A stretch of DNA of 50,598 nucleotides, taken from NCBI GenBank assembly GCA_036378475.1, contig DASUWJ010000040.1:1-50598 (forward strand), given 5' to 3'. Positions within the stretch are counted from its first letter, which is position 1. Every line of letters begins with the position of its first letter. Shown here piece after piece: positions 18,807 through 26,714 of this stretch. Source of the DNA: Gaiellaceae bacterium (GTDB taxonomy: Bacteria; Actinomycetota; Thermoleophilia; Gaiellales; Gaiellaceae). The translations under genes were made by a program, and so were the position numbers. The notes under the pieces are model-generated. The model ran no database searches and was not told where the DNA came from. It saw only the letters and a program-made list of their open reading frames with translations.

Positions 18807-19895
18807 ATGGAGCAGACCTCGACTCAGTCGGGCCATTCAACTAGCCGACGTTCGTTCCTCGTCGGGGGACTCGCGGCCGGAGCCGGGACTCTCGCCGCGG
18901 GGCGGCTGCTTGCGGGTGCCGCACCGGCGTTCGCAAGTACCGCTCTCACCCCTGGTGATGCGGCGATCCTGCGCTTCCTGGCGGCCGCGGAAATCATCGA
19001 GACAGATGCCTGGCAGCAGTACAACGAACTCGGCGGCGTCCAGGACAGCGAAGTCCCGGGAGGCAGCGGCAGCGCAGCCTACACGGCCGCCCTGCAGGTC
19101 CTGGACGGCGACATGCCTCAATACATCCATGACAACACCGAGGATGAATTCACGCATTTCAGCTTCATCAACGCCTACCTCACCTCGAGGGGCGCGGAGC
19201 CCGTCAACCTGGATCGCTTTCGGACTCTGCCCGGCAGCAAGGCGACCGGAGCCCAGAAGATCAAGCGGCTGACCAACCTGATGCGGCTCACAGTCGACAC
19301 GAGCTGGTGGACGCGCTATCGCAGCCGCACCGGCAACCCCGACTTCGGCGACACGTTCCCACAAGCCGTGCCGGGTCTGAGTGCCGGCGAGTTTCCGGCC
19401 ATTCCTCGCAGCGATCGTGACCTTCGCCCCGCGGATCACCTGCAGGCGATCGCCAATACGGCCGGCTTCCATTTTGCGTTCATCGAACAGGGCGGCACGA
19501 GCCTCTACCCGTCGCTGGCGCAGCGCGTGACCGACCCGGAGGTATTGCGGATCCTGCTCAGCATCGGCCCCACCGAGACAGCACATTTCCAGACGTGGCA
19601 CGACAAGGCCGGCAACGCACCTGCCTTGACCGACCCCACCAACGGGCTGGTCTTCCCCGACCTCAACGCCCCGCCCTTTGGCGGTGAGGACTTCCAGACC
19701 AACCTGATCATGCCCGAGCCGACGAGCTTCCTCGATCGTAGGTTCCCCGTCTGCTCGATCATCCGGCCCACCGAGACAAAGGGGGCGGCGATGGGCGCGG
19801 CCAGGGCCCTGACCGCAAACGGCCTCTTCAGAGGCCAATCGCCGGACTTCTTCGCCGCGCTAACTCAACTCGCACAGGCAGCAGACGCGGCCTAA
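18807..19895 (+). CDS. Tat-exported ferritin-like (di-iron carboxylate) domain protein
   Basis: ATG 18807 is preceded by the SD ggaaggaggagg. It has the twin-arginine signal STSRRSFLVGG...APAFA/ST and di-iron-type motifs AAEIIETD, EDEFTH (ExxH), FIEQGG and ETAH (ExxH). Confidence 0.8.
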   Translation: MEQTSTQSGHSTSRRSFLVGGLAAGAGTLAAGRLLAGAAPAFASTALTPGDAAILRFLAAAEIIETDAWQQYNELGGVQDSEVPGGSGSAAYTAALQVLDGDMPQYIHDNTEDEFTHFSFINAYLTSRGAEPVNLDRFRTLPGSKATGAQKIKRLTNLMRLTVDTSWWTRYRSRTGNPDFGDTFPQAVPGLSAGEFPAIPRSDRDLRPADHLQAIANTAGFHFAFIEQGGTSLYPSLAQRVTDPEVLRILLSIGPTETAHFQTWHDKAGNAPALTDPTNGLVFPDLNAPPFGGEDFQTNLIMPEPTSFLDRRFPVCSIIRPTETKGAAMGAARALTANGLFRGQSPDFFAALTQLAQAADAA

Positions 19896-19970
19896 CACGC
19901 TCGATACCCGCCTCTCGGAACGACAAGTTGCATTCACCTGCTGGATCGGTCACCGCGACCGACCGGATCC

Positions 19971-19989
19971 GGCGAGCGCTCGGCTCGCC
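19971..19989. terminator. GC hairpin between convergent genes (weak terminator candidate)
   Basis: ggcgagc-gctcg-gctcgcc forms a 7-bp perfect stem. It lies between the ferritin-like stop (19895) and the efp stop (20053). There is no clear U-tract. Confidence 0.25.
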
Positions 19990-20052
19990 CCCTCGTCTTC
20001 GCAGGATTGCCTGGGAGGGGTCGCGTCTCTGGGATCGCTCCCGCGCGACGGA

Positions 20053-20619
20053 CTACGCCCGCGAGATGTAGCGCCGCTCGCGCGGGTCGACCTTGATCCG
20101 GTCGCCCGGGTTCACGAACAGCGGCACCTGCACCGTCGCGCCCGTCTCGAGCTTCGCCGGCTTGGTCACGTTCGAGACGGTGTCGCCCCGCACTCCGGGC
20201 TCGGTCTCCGCGACGGTCAGTTCGACCGAGGCCGGCAGCTGCACTCCCGCGGGCTGGCCGTCGACCGTCAGCATCTGGACGCCCGATGAGGGTTCGAGGA
20301 ACTCGATCGCTTCGGCGACCGACTCACGCGAGAGGGTCGTCTGCTCGTAGGTCTCCTGGTCCATGAAAACGACCTCGTCACCCGACTCGTACAGGTACTG
20401 CATGTTCTTGACCTCGGTGTGCACGCGCGGGAACTTCTCGCCCGCGCGGAAGGTGCGATCGACGACGGCGCCCGAGTCGAGGTTCTTGACCCGCGTCCGC
20501 ACGAATGCCCCGCCCTTGCCGGGCTTCACGTGCTGGAACTCGATGATCCGCCAGACGCCACCGTCGAGCTCGATGTGCATGCCGTTTCGGAACTGGTTGG
20601 TGTTGACGACCTCCGCCAT
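20053..20619 (-). CDS. efp: Elongation factor P
   Basis: 188 aa: NTNQFRNGMHIELDGGVWRIIEFQHVKPGKGGAFVRTRVKNL. Confidence 0.95.
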   Translation of the reverse strand: MAEVVNTNQFRNGMHIELDGGVWRIIEFQHVKPGKGGAFVRTRVKNLDSGAVVDRTFRAGEKFPRVHTEVKNMQYLYESGDEVVFMDQETYEQTTLSRESVAEAIEFLEPSSGVQMLTVDGQPAGVQLPASVELTVAETEPGVRGDTVSNVTKPAKLETGATVQVPLFVNPGDRIKVDPRERRYISRA

Positions 20620-20631
20620 CGGCGGGGGAGG

Positions 20632-21669
20632 TTAGCTGACGACCGTCAGCTCTTTCGGAAAGCTCGAGAGCACCTCCGGCTCGCCGTCGGTGACGACGAC
20701 GAGATCCTCGATCCGGATGCCGCCCAGCCCCTCGAGGTAGATGCCGGGCTCGATCGTGACCACGTTCCCGGCGGCGAGCGTGTCGGTCGAGGTCGTGGCG
20801 AGCCTCGGCGCCTCGTGGACGTCGATCCCGACCCCGTGGCCGAGCCCGTGGCCGAACTTGTCGCCGAAGCCCGCCGCGGCGATCACCTCGCGCGCCGCCG
20901 CGTCCGTCGCCTTCGCCTCCGTCCCCGCGCGCGCGGCCGCGAGCCCCTGGAGCTGCCCCTCGAGACAGACCTGATAGGCCCGCTCGAGCTCCCCCGGCAG
21001 CTCTCCGGTCGCGAACGTCCGCGTGCAGTCGGAGCAGTAGCCGGCGACTGCGGCGCCGGCGTCGATCACGACCGTCGTCCCGGCCTCGATCACCCGGTCC
21101 CCCGGATCGGCGTGCGGGCGGGCGCCGTTCGGACCGGCGGCGACGATCGTCTCGAAGGCAGGCTCGTCGGCGCCGAGCTCGTGGAAGAGCTCGCTCATCC
21201 GCCAGGCAAGCTCGCGCTCCGTGCGACCGACGAAGCGCTCCTGCGCCAGCCGCTCGTACGCCGCGTCCGTGATCGTCGCCGCACGACGGATCCGTTCCAG
21301 CTCGTCGTCGTCCTTGACCGCCCTCAGGGCCTCGACGAGACCAACCCGCGGCACGAGCTCCAGGCCGCCCTCGCGAAGAAGCTCGTAGGAGCGGTAGCTC
21401 AGGTGCGCGCTCTCGAACCCGAACCGGCCCGACAGGAGCTCGGCCATGTGCATGATCGTTTCGCGCCGGGTTTCGACGAACTCGACGTCCGGGACCTGAC
21501 GGGCGGCCTCGGCGTAGCGAAAATCCGTGAAGAGCTGCACCTGCTCCTGGTCGACGAGGAGCGACACGTTCGAGCTGACGAAGCCGGTCAGGTAGCGGAC
21601 ATTGGCCGGCCCCGTGACGAGCAGCGGCTCCTCAAGGTGTTGCCGTAGCCGTTCGATTCGTTCCTTCAT
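20632..21669 (-). CDS. pepP: M24 family Xaa-Pro aminopeptidase/dipeptidase
   Basis: 345 aa with a creatinase-like N-domain and the M24 catalytic core: VVIDAGA, HGLGHGVGIDVHE and VTIEPGIY. It has the conserved actinobacterial position between aroQ and efp. Confidence 0.87.
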   Translation of the reverse strand: MKERIERLRQHLEEPLLVTGPANVRYLTGFVSSNVSLLVDQEQVQLFTDFRYAEAARQVPDVEFVETRRETIMHMAELLSGRFGFESAHLSYRSYELLREGGLELVPRVGLVEALRAVKDDDELERIRRAATITDAAYERLAQERFVGRTERELAWRMSELFHELGADEPAFETIVAAGPNGARPHADPGDRVIEAGTTVVIDAGAAVAGYCSDCTRTFATGELPGELERAYQVCLEGQLQGLAAARAGTEAKATDAAAREVIAAAGFGDKFGHGLGHGVGIDVHEAPRLATTSTDTLAAGNVVTIEPGIYLEGLGGIRIEDLVVVTDGEPEVLSSFPKELTVVS

Positions 21670-22094
21670 CCGCTCCTCGCCAGGTAGTCGAGCGCCTCAC
21701 GGTACCCGTCGGGGCCCTTGCCGATGATCCGCTTCGCGGCCAGATCGGAGATCACTGACCGCCGCCGCCACTCCTCGCGCTCGTCGATATTCGAGAGGTG
21801 CACCTCGACGACGGGCGCGCTGAAGAGCTCTACGGCGTCGCGGATCGCGTAGCTGTAGTGGGTCCAAGCGCCCGGGTTCAGGACGACTCCTCCGGCCCAG
21901 TCGAGCGCGTCGTGGCACAGGTCGACGAACTCGCCCTCGCTGTTCGTCTGGCTGCACTCGACGCTGAGGCCGAGCTCGCGGGCCCAGTCGTAGATCTGGG
22001 ATTCGAGCTGGCCGAGGCTCAAGCCGCCGTAGAGCTCGGGGTTGCGCCGCCCGACCACGTCCAGGTTGACCCCATTCAGGACGGCGACCCGCAC
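21666..22094 (-). CDS. aroQ: Type II 3-dehydroquinate dehydratase
   Basis: 142 aa: MRVAVLNGVNLDVVGRRNPELYGG ... NPGAWTHYSYAIRDA ... VEVHLSNI. Confidence 0.92.
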   Translation of the reverse strand: MRVAVLNGVNLDVVGRRNPELYGGLSLGQLESQIYDWARELGLSVECSQTNSEGEFVDLCHDALDWAGGVVLNPGAWTHYSYAIRDAVELFSAPVVEVHLSNIDEREEWRRRSVISDLAAKRIIGKGPDGYREALDYLARSG

Positions 22095-22103
22095 CGACCC
22101 ACT

Positions 22104-23456
22104 CTAATCCGCGATCAGCTCGTCGAGTGCCCGCCGAACCTCGGGCGCGGGCACGGGCGCCGTGTAGGCGCCCTCTGCTCCGAGGAGAACGAGGGTCAGC
22201 TCGCCGCCGCTCGACTTCTTGTCTCGCTGCAGCGCCTGCCAGGCGCGCTCGCGGTCGGCCCGCACAGGGCGCGGCGCGAGCAGCTCGCGGACAGCGTCCT
22301 GGGGCCGACCGGAGAGGCGGAGCGCCGCCAGCAGGCCGAGCGCGACCGCCTGGCCGTGGCTGACCGAGTCGTAGTCCGCTGCGGCCTCGAGCGCGTGCGC
22401 GAAGGTGTGACCCAGGTTGAGGAGCTGCCGCGGACCGCGGTCGTCGGGGTCGCGAAGGCAGAGCGCCGTCTTGAAGGCAGCGCAGCTTCGGACGAGCTCC
22501 TCCTCGGGCAGCTCCCAGAGCGCCTGGCCGGCCAGTAGGCCCGTCTTGACGACCTCCGCCATCCCTTCCCGGCGCTCCTTGTCCGGGAGCGTTCGCAGGA
22601 GTTCGGGGTCGATCAGGGTCCGCGACGGCCAATGGAAGGCCCCGACGAGATTCTTGGCCTCGGGTAGGTTGATCGCCGTCTTGCCGCCGATCGCGGCGTC
22701 GACCTGCCCGACGAGCGTCGTAGGCACCGGCAGCCAGTCGATTCCGCGCAGGTAGGTGGCGGCGGCAAATCCGGCCACGTCGGTGACGCAGCCACCTCCA
22801 AGCGCCACCAGCGTTCCGGAGCGATCGAGCCGGAGCTCGCGCCACAGGCGCTCGACCGAGCCGGCCGTCTTCGCCTGTTCGCCCTGCCGGAGCACGTGGA
22901 TGGGGACGTCGAGCGGCGGCCGGTGGAGCTCGAGCACCCGCTCGTCGCTGACGAGCTCGACCTGCTGCGGCGAGAGCTCGGCCAGACGGGCGATCGCGCC
23001 GGGCTCGAGCTCGATCCCACCCGCGGCGAGGACGGCGTCGTCGCCGTCACGCACCGCCGCATCGGCGACCTGCCGGTAGAGCGGCAGCCGCTCGGCGTAC
23101 AGGCTCTGGAAGGCGGCCTGGTCGCGAGCGAGCGGCCTGCCCGAGTCCCGGACGCGCGCCCAGGCCTCGTCGACGTCCACCTTGACGAGCAGCGTCAGCG
23201 CTCGCTCGCGCAGACAGGCGCGGACCTGGGCAGCGCTGACGGCGCCGCCGCCGAGCGCGAGCACGAGAGGCTCGCGGCGTTCGAGTAGCTCGCAGGTCAG
23301 CTCCGCCTCCTGGCGGCGGAACGCCGCCTCACCCGCGTCGTAGAGCTCGGCGATCGAGCGGCCGCTTCGCGCCTCGAGCTCGCGGTCGAGGTCGGCGAAG
23401 CGGCGGCCGACCCGCTCGGCCAGCTCGGCGCCGAGCGTCGACTTGCCGGCTCCCAT
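22104..23456 (-). CDS. aroKB: Bifunctional shikimate kinase / 3-dehydroquinate synthase (AroK-AroB fusion)
   Basis: The N-terminus has (LVGF)MGAGKSTLG, DLD and LGGGAV from shikimate kinase. The C-terminus has LGGGCVTDVAGFAAATYLRGIDWLPVPTTLVGQVDAAIGGKTAINL and HGQAVALGL from DHQ synthase. The Walker-A glycine lies upstream of the first ATG (see findings). Confidence 0.9.
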   Translation of the reverse strand: MGAGKSTLGAELAERVGRRFADLDRELEARSGRSIAELYDAGEAAFRRQEAELTCELLERREPLVLALGGGAVSAAQVRACLRERALTLLVKVDVDEAWARVRDSGRPLARDQAAFQSLYAERLPLYRQVADAAVRDGDDAVLAAGGIELEPGAIARLAELSPQQVELVSDERVLELHRPPLDVPIHVLRQGEQAKTAGSVERLWRELRLDRSGTLVALGGGCVTDVAGFAAATYLRGIDWLPVPTTLVGQVDAAIGGKTAINLPEAKNLVGAFHWPSRTLIDPELLRTLPDKERREGMAEVVKTGLLAGQALWELPEEELVRSCAAFKTALCLRDPDDRGPRQLLNLGHTFAHALEAAADYDSVSHGQAVALGLLAALRLSGRPQDAVRELLAPRPVRADRERAWQALQRDKKSSGGELTLVLLGAEGAYTAPVPAPEVRRALDELIAD

Positions 23457-23482
23457 GAAGCCGACGAGTGCGAGCTGGCGGT

Positions 23483-24568
23483 CTAGCGCGGTTGCCAGGC
23501 GATCCGCTCCAGGTAGGCGCGAAAGGCGGCGATCATGTCGCCGAGCGCATCGCCGCCGAACTTCTCGCGTGCAGCGCGCGCGAGCTCCCAGGCGACCGCT
23601 GCCTCGGCGACGACCGCGAGCGCCTCGACCGCCGAGACGTCGCTTCGCTCCACGAGCGCGTCGCCGGGCTCCCCCGTTTGCAGGTCGACCGAGGCGAGCG
23701 GGCGCATCAGGGTCGGCAGCGGCTTCATCGCCGCCCGAACGACGACCTCCTCGCCGTTCGTGACGCCCCCCTCGATCCCGCCCGCGCGGTTCGTCGTCCG
23801 ATGGAGCCCCCGCTCGTCGGAGACGAGCTCGTCATGGGCCTCGGAGCCGCGAAGACCCGCGAGCTCGAAGCCGCTGCCGATCTCGGCGCCCTTGACCGCC
23901 TGGATGCCGAGGAGCGCGGCCCCGAGCCTGGCGTCGAGCCGCTCCTCTTTCGTCGCGTAGGAGCCAAGCCCGGGCGGCACCCCGCTCGCCCGCACCTCGA
24001 CAACCCCGCCCAGTGTGTCTCGGTCTGCCCGCGCGGCCTCGACCGCCGCCTCATCGGCTCCGCCCTCGGGCCGAGCTTCTCCTCGCACCTCGATCCCGAG
24101 CTCCAGCAGGAGCGCTTTTGCGACCGCCCCCGCGGCCACCGCCACGGCGGTCTGGCGGGCGCTCGCCCGCTCGAGCGCATCGCGCACGTCCTCGAGCCCG
24201 AACTTCTGCGCGCCCGCGAGGTCGGCGTGCCCGGGCCGAGGCAGCGTGACCGCGTGCTGTCCCTTGCCCTCCGGCTCCCCCGCGGGCAGCCAGGGACTCA
24301 TCCCCCAGGACCAGTTCTTGTGATCTCGATTCGGGACGACGAGCGCGAGCGGCGTCCCCAGGGTGCGGCCGTGCCGCAACCCCGCGAGCACCTGAACCTC
24401 GTCCCGCTCGAGCTGCTGACGGGGGCTTCGACCATAGCCCTGCTGGCGCCGACGGAGATCCTCGTCGATCGCGGCGCGATCGAGCCCGAGTCCGGCCGGC
24501 AGGCCAGTCAGGATCGCGACGAGCGAGGGGCCGTGCGACTCGCCCGCGGTGACGAGGCTCAGGCCCAT
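23483..24568 (-). CDS. aroC: Chorismate synthase
   Basis: From the internal ATG 24568 the protein reads MGLSLVTAGESHGPSLVAILTGLPAGL and continues ...RPGHADLAG...RASARQTA... Confidence 0.92.
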   Translation of the reverse strand: MGLSLVTAGESHGPSLVAILTGLPAGLGLDRAAIDEDLRRRQQGYGRSPRQQLERDEVQVLAGLRHGRTLGTPLALVVPNRDHKNWSWGMSPWLPAGEPEGKGQHAVTLPRPGHADLAGAQKFGLEDVRDALERASARQTAVAVAAGAVAKALLLELGIEVRGEARPEGGADEAAVEAARADRDTLGGVVEVRASGVPPGLGSYATKEERLDARLGAALLGIQAVKGAEIGSGFELAGLRGSEAHDELVSDERGLHRTTNRAGGIEGGVTNGEEVVVRAAMKPLPTLMRPLASVDLQTGEPGDALVERSDVSAVEALAVVAEAAVAWELARAAREKFGGDALGDMIAAFRAYLERIAWQPR

Positions 24569-24730
24569 GCCGGAAAGCCTATGCGCGAACTCGCGCGGCT
24601 CGTGCTGCTCGCAGGCGGCGCCGCTGGGCATCGTGCCGGACGCCCGGCTCGGCGAGCGAGCTCGAGACACGGAGCCTGTGCTCGTGGAAAGCGGATCGTG
24701 ACCTTCTGCGCGGGACTGGATGCGCTTCGC

Positions 24731-25429
24731 CTACACGCTCAGCGCGCCGCGCATGACCGTGCGCGGCGGGCTGAGCCCCGTCCACCGCTCGAAGGAGGCC
24801 CCGCCCTGGCGAACGAGCGCCTCGAGCCCGTCGACGACGAGCGCGAGGTCGAGCTCCCGCGCCGCGGCGACGAGCGCGGTCGCTCTTCCGTCGGGGCGGT
24901 AGGCGAGATCGACGAGCTTGTGCTCTGGTCGCAGCTCGACGAGCGGCTCGTCCACGACGGGGGTTGCGTTGACGACCAGGTCGGCGCCCTCGGCCTCTGG
25001 CGGCCACTCACCGCTCCGCGAGAAGACGCGTACCTCGCCCCGAAGAGCCGGCCGCAGGGCCTGAGCGGCGCCGCCTGCCCCGATCAGGCAGACGCTGCGG
25101 CTCTCGATCCCGGCCACGATCTCCCGGTCGGTGTTGAAGCCGAGCACGCGGCCCGCGTCGAAGACGAGCGTGTTGACGGACCCGTCCTCCGCCTCGTCGC
25201 AGAGCGCAGCGGCAGCCACCTTGTGCGGCCTCGTCACGTTCGCGCCCGCGAAGCCGAGGGCGACGAGCCCCCGCACCGCCTCGCCGAGCCGCTCCGGCGC
25301 TACCTCGCAGGCGACGTAGGCCCAGTCGAGCGCCCTCGCCGCGAAGGCGGCGTTCTGCATCCGCGGCGAGAGCGAGTCGGCCACCGGCTGCCCCAGCAGC
25401 GCGACGAGCCTTGTCTCGCCCGAGATCAC
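24731..25429 (-). CDS. aroE: Shikimate dehydrogenase
   Basis: Contains ETRLVALLGQPVADSLSPRMQNAAF...GANVTRPHK...NTD...LIGAGGAA. GTG 25429 overlaps the mltG stop (GTGA). The longest ORF (to 25525) would overlap mltG by 100 nt. Confidence 0.8.
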   Translation of the reverse strand: MISGETRLVALLGQPVADSLSPRMQNAAFAARALDWAYVACEVAPERLGEAVRGLVALGFAGANVTRPHKVAAAALCDEAEDGSVNTLVFDAGRVLGFNTDREIVAGIESRSVCLIGAGGAAQALRPALRGEVRVFSRSGEWPPEAEGADLVVNATPVVDEPLVELRPEHKLVDLAYRPDGRATALVAAARELDLALVVDGLEALVRQGGASFERWTGLSPPRTVMRGALSV

Positions 25430-26337
25430 TTGTAGCCGTGCGTGCGCTTGTAGCTCTCGAAGGCGGCCGCGCTCGCGGTGAAGAAGGAGTGCACCTTGTC
25501 GGGCGCAGCGACGTAGTAGAGCCATGGCCCTGGAGCCGGGTGGGCGGCGGCCTGGATCGAGGCGAGTCCCGGGTTCGCGATCGGCGTCGGCGGCAGGCCG
25601 AAGCGAACGCGCGTGTTGTAGGGGCTGTTCGAGGTGAGCTGCGATTCGAGCAGCGACTGGGTCCCCGGCACGTTGAAGCCGTAGCGGATCGTCGCGTCGA
25701 TCCCGAGCTTCATCCGATCGTGCAGGCGGTTGTAGATCACGCGCGCGATCTTGGCCCGCTCGTCGGGAGCGACGGCCTCCTTCTCGACCATCGAGGCGAT
25801 CGTGAGCACGTCGTAGGGCGTCAGCTGCCTCGAGCGGGCGTAGCCGAGGTCGACCGTCGCCCAGGCCCGGCGGAAGGCCTTCAGCTGCGCCGCGACGAGC
25901 TGCGCCGAGGTCGTTCGCCGCGTGAACTGGTAGGTGGCGGGGAAGAGGAAGCCCTCGAACGCGCGGCGCCCGAAGCCGGAGATCAAGCGCTTCCCCGTCG
26001 TGGCCGCGAGGTAGCCCCGCTCGTTCAGGGCAGGCGTCTTGCCCCGCTCGTGGGCGGCGATCGCGGCAACGGCCTTCACCCGAGCCGCCATCTCCCGGCG
26101 GGTGAAGCCCTCCGGGAAGACGATCCTGAACGGTCTCGGCGCAGTGAGCGCCGTCGTTTGGGTCTTCTTCTGTCCGCTGCCGCGGATGCCCGCGATCGCG
26201 AAGCCGAGCCCGATCAGCGCCGCCAGGAGGACACCGACGGCGACCAGCCGGCGCCGGATGACGACGCCCCGGGGCGGGCGGTACCGCTCGGGGCGGCGAG
26301 GCTGCGGCGGGATTACTCCGCGCCTCGGCTGGACCAC
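25426..26337 (-). CDS. mltG: Endolytic murein transglycosylase MltG (YceG-like)
   Basis: It has an N-terminal TM (LVAVGVLLAALIGLGFAIAG) and YceG motifs ASMVEKEA and SPYNTRVRFGLPPTPIANPG. Confidence 0.88.
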   Translation of the reverse strand: MVQPRRGVIPPQPRRPERYRPPRGVVIRRRLVAVGVLLAALIGLGFAIAGIRGSGQKKTQTTALTAPRPFRIVFPEGFTRREMAARVKAVAAIAAHERGKTPALNERGYLAATTGKRLISGFGRRAFEGFLFPATYQFTRRTTSAQLVAAQLKAFRRAWATVDLGYARSRQLTPYDVLTIASMVEKEAVAPDERAKIARVIYNRLHDRMKLGIDATIRYGFNVPGTQSLLESQLTSNSPYNTRVRFGLPPTPIANPGLASIQAAAHPAPGPWLYYVAAPDKVHSFFTASAAAFESYKRTHGYK

Positions 26338-26714
26338 GCGAGGTAGCTCGTCAAGAGATGGGCGGCGGCGCGGGCATCCTCGGGGAGCTTACGGTCCCCG
26401 GGGTCGCGCCCGGCGAGGTCGGTGGTGAAACGCTCGTCGAAGCCCTCGACCGGCACGTCCAGCGCCCTTCGGAGCACGTCCAGGAACCGCTCGGTCTCGA
26501 GCGCCTGCTCGCCGCGCTCGCCTGCCAGCGTCAACGGCAGCCCGACGACGACGCGCTCGGCGCCCTCGGCCCGGATCAACGTGACGAGTTCGTCGAGGCC
26601 GGCCGGCGAGCCCGCCCGCTCGATCACAGCGACCGGCCGGGCCAGCGTCCCGGTGGGGTCGGAGACCGCGACACCCGTTCGCGCGGAGCCGTAGTCGAGC
26701 GCCAGGACCTTCAC
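26313..26714 (-). CDS. ruvX: Holliday junction resolvase-like RuvX (YqgF)
   Basis: VKVLALDYGSARTGVAVSDPTGTLARP... and VVGLPL. The GTG overlaps the alaS stop (GTGA). Confidence 0.9.
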   Translation of the reverse strand: MKVLALDYGSARTGVAVSDPTGTLARPVAVIERAGSPAGLDELVTLIRAEGAERVVVGLPLTLAGERGEQALETERFLDVLRRALDVPVEGFDERFTTDLAGRDPGDRKLPEDARAAAHLLTSYLAWSSRGAE

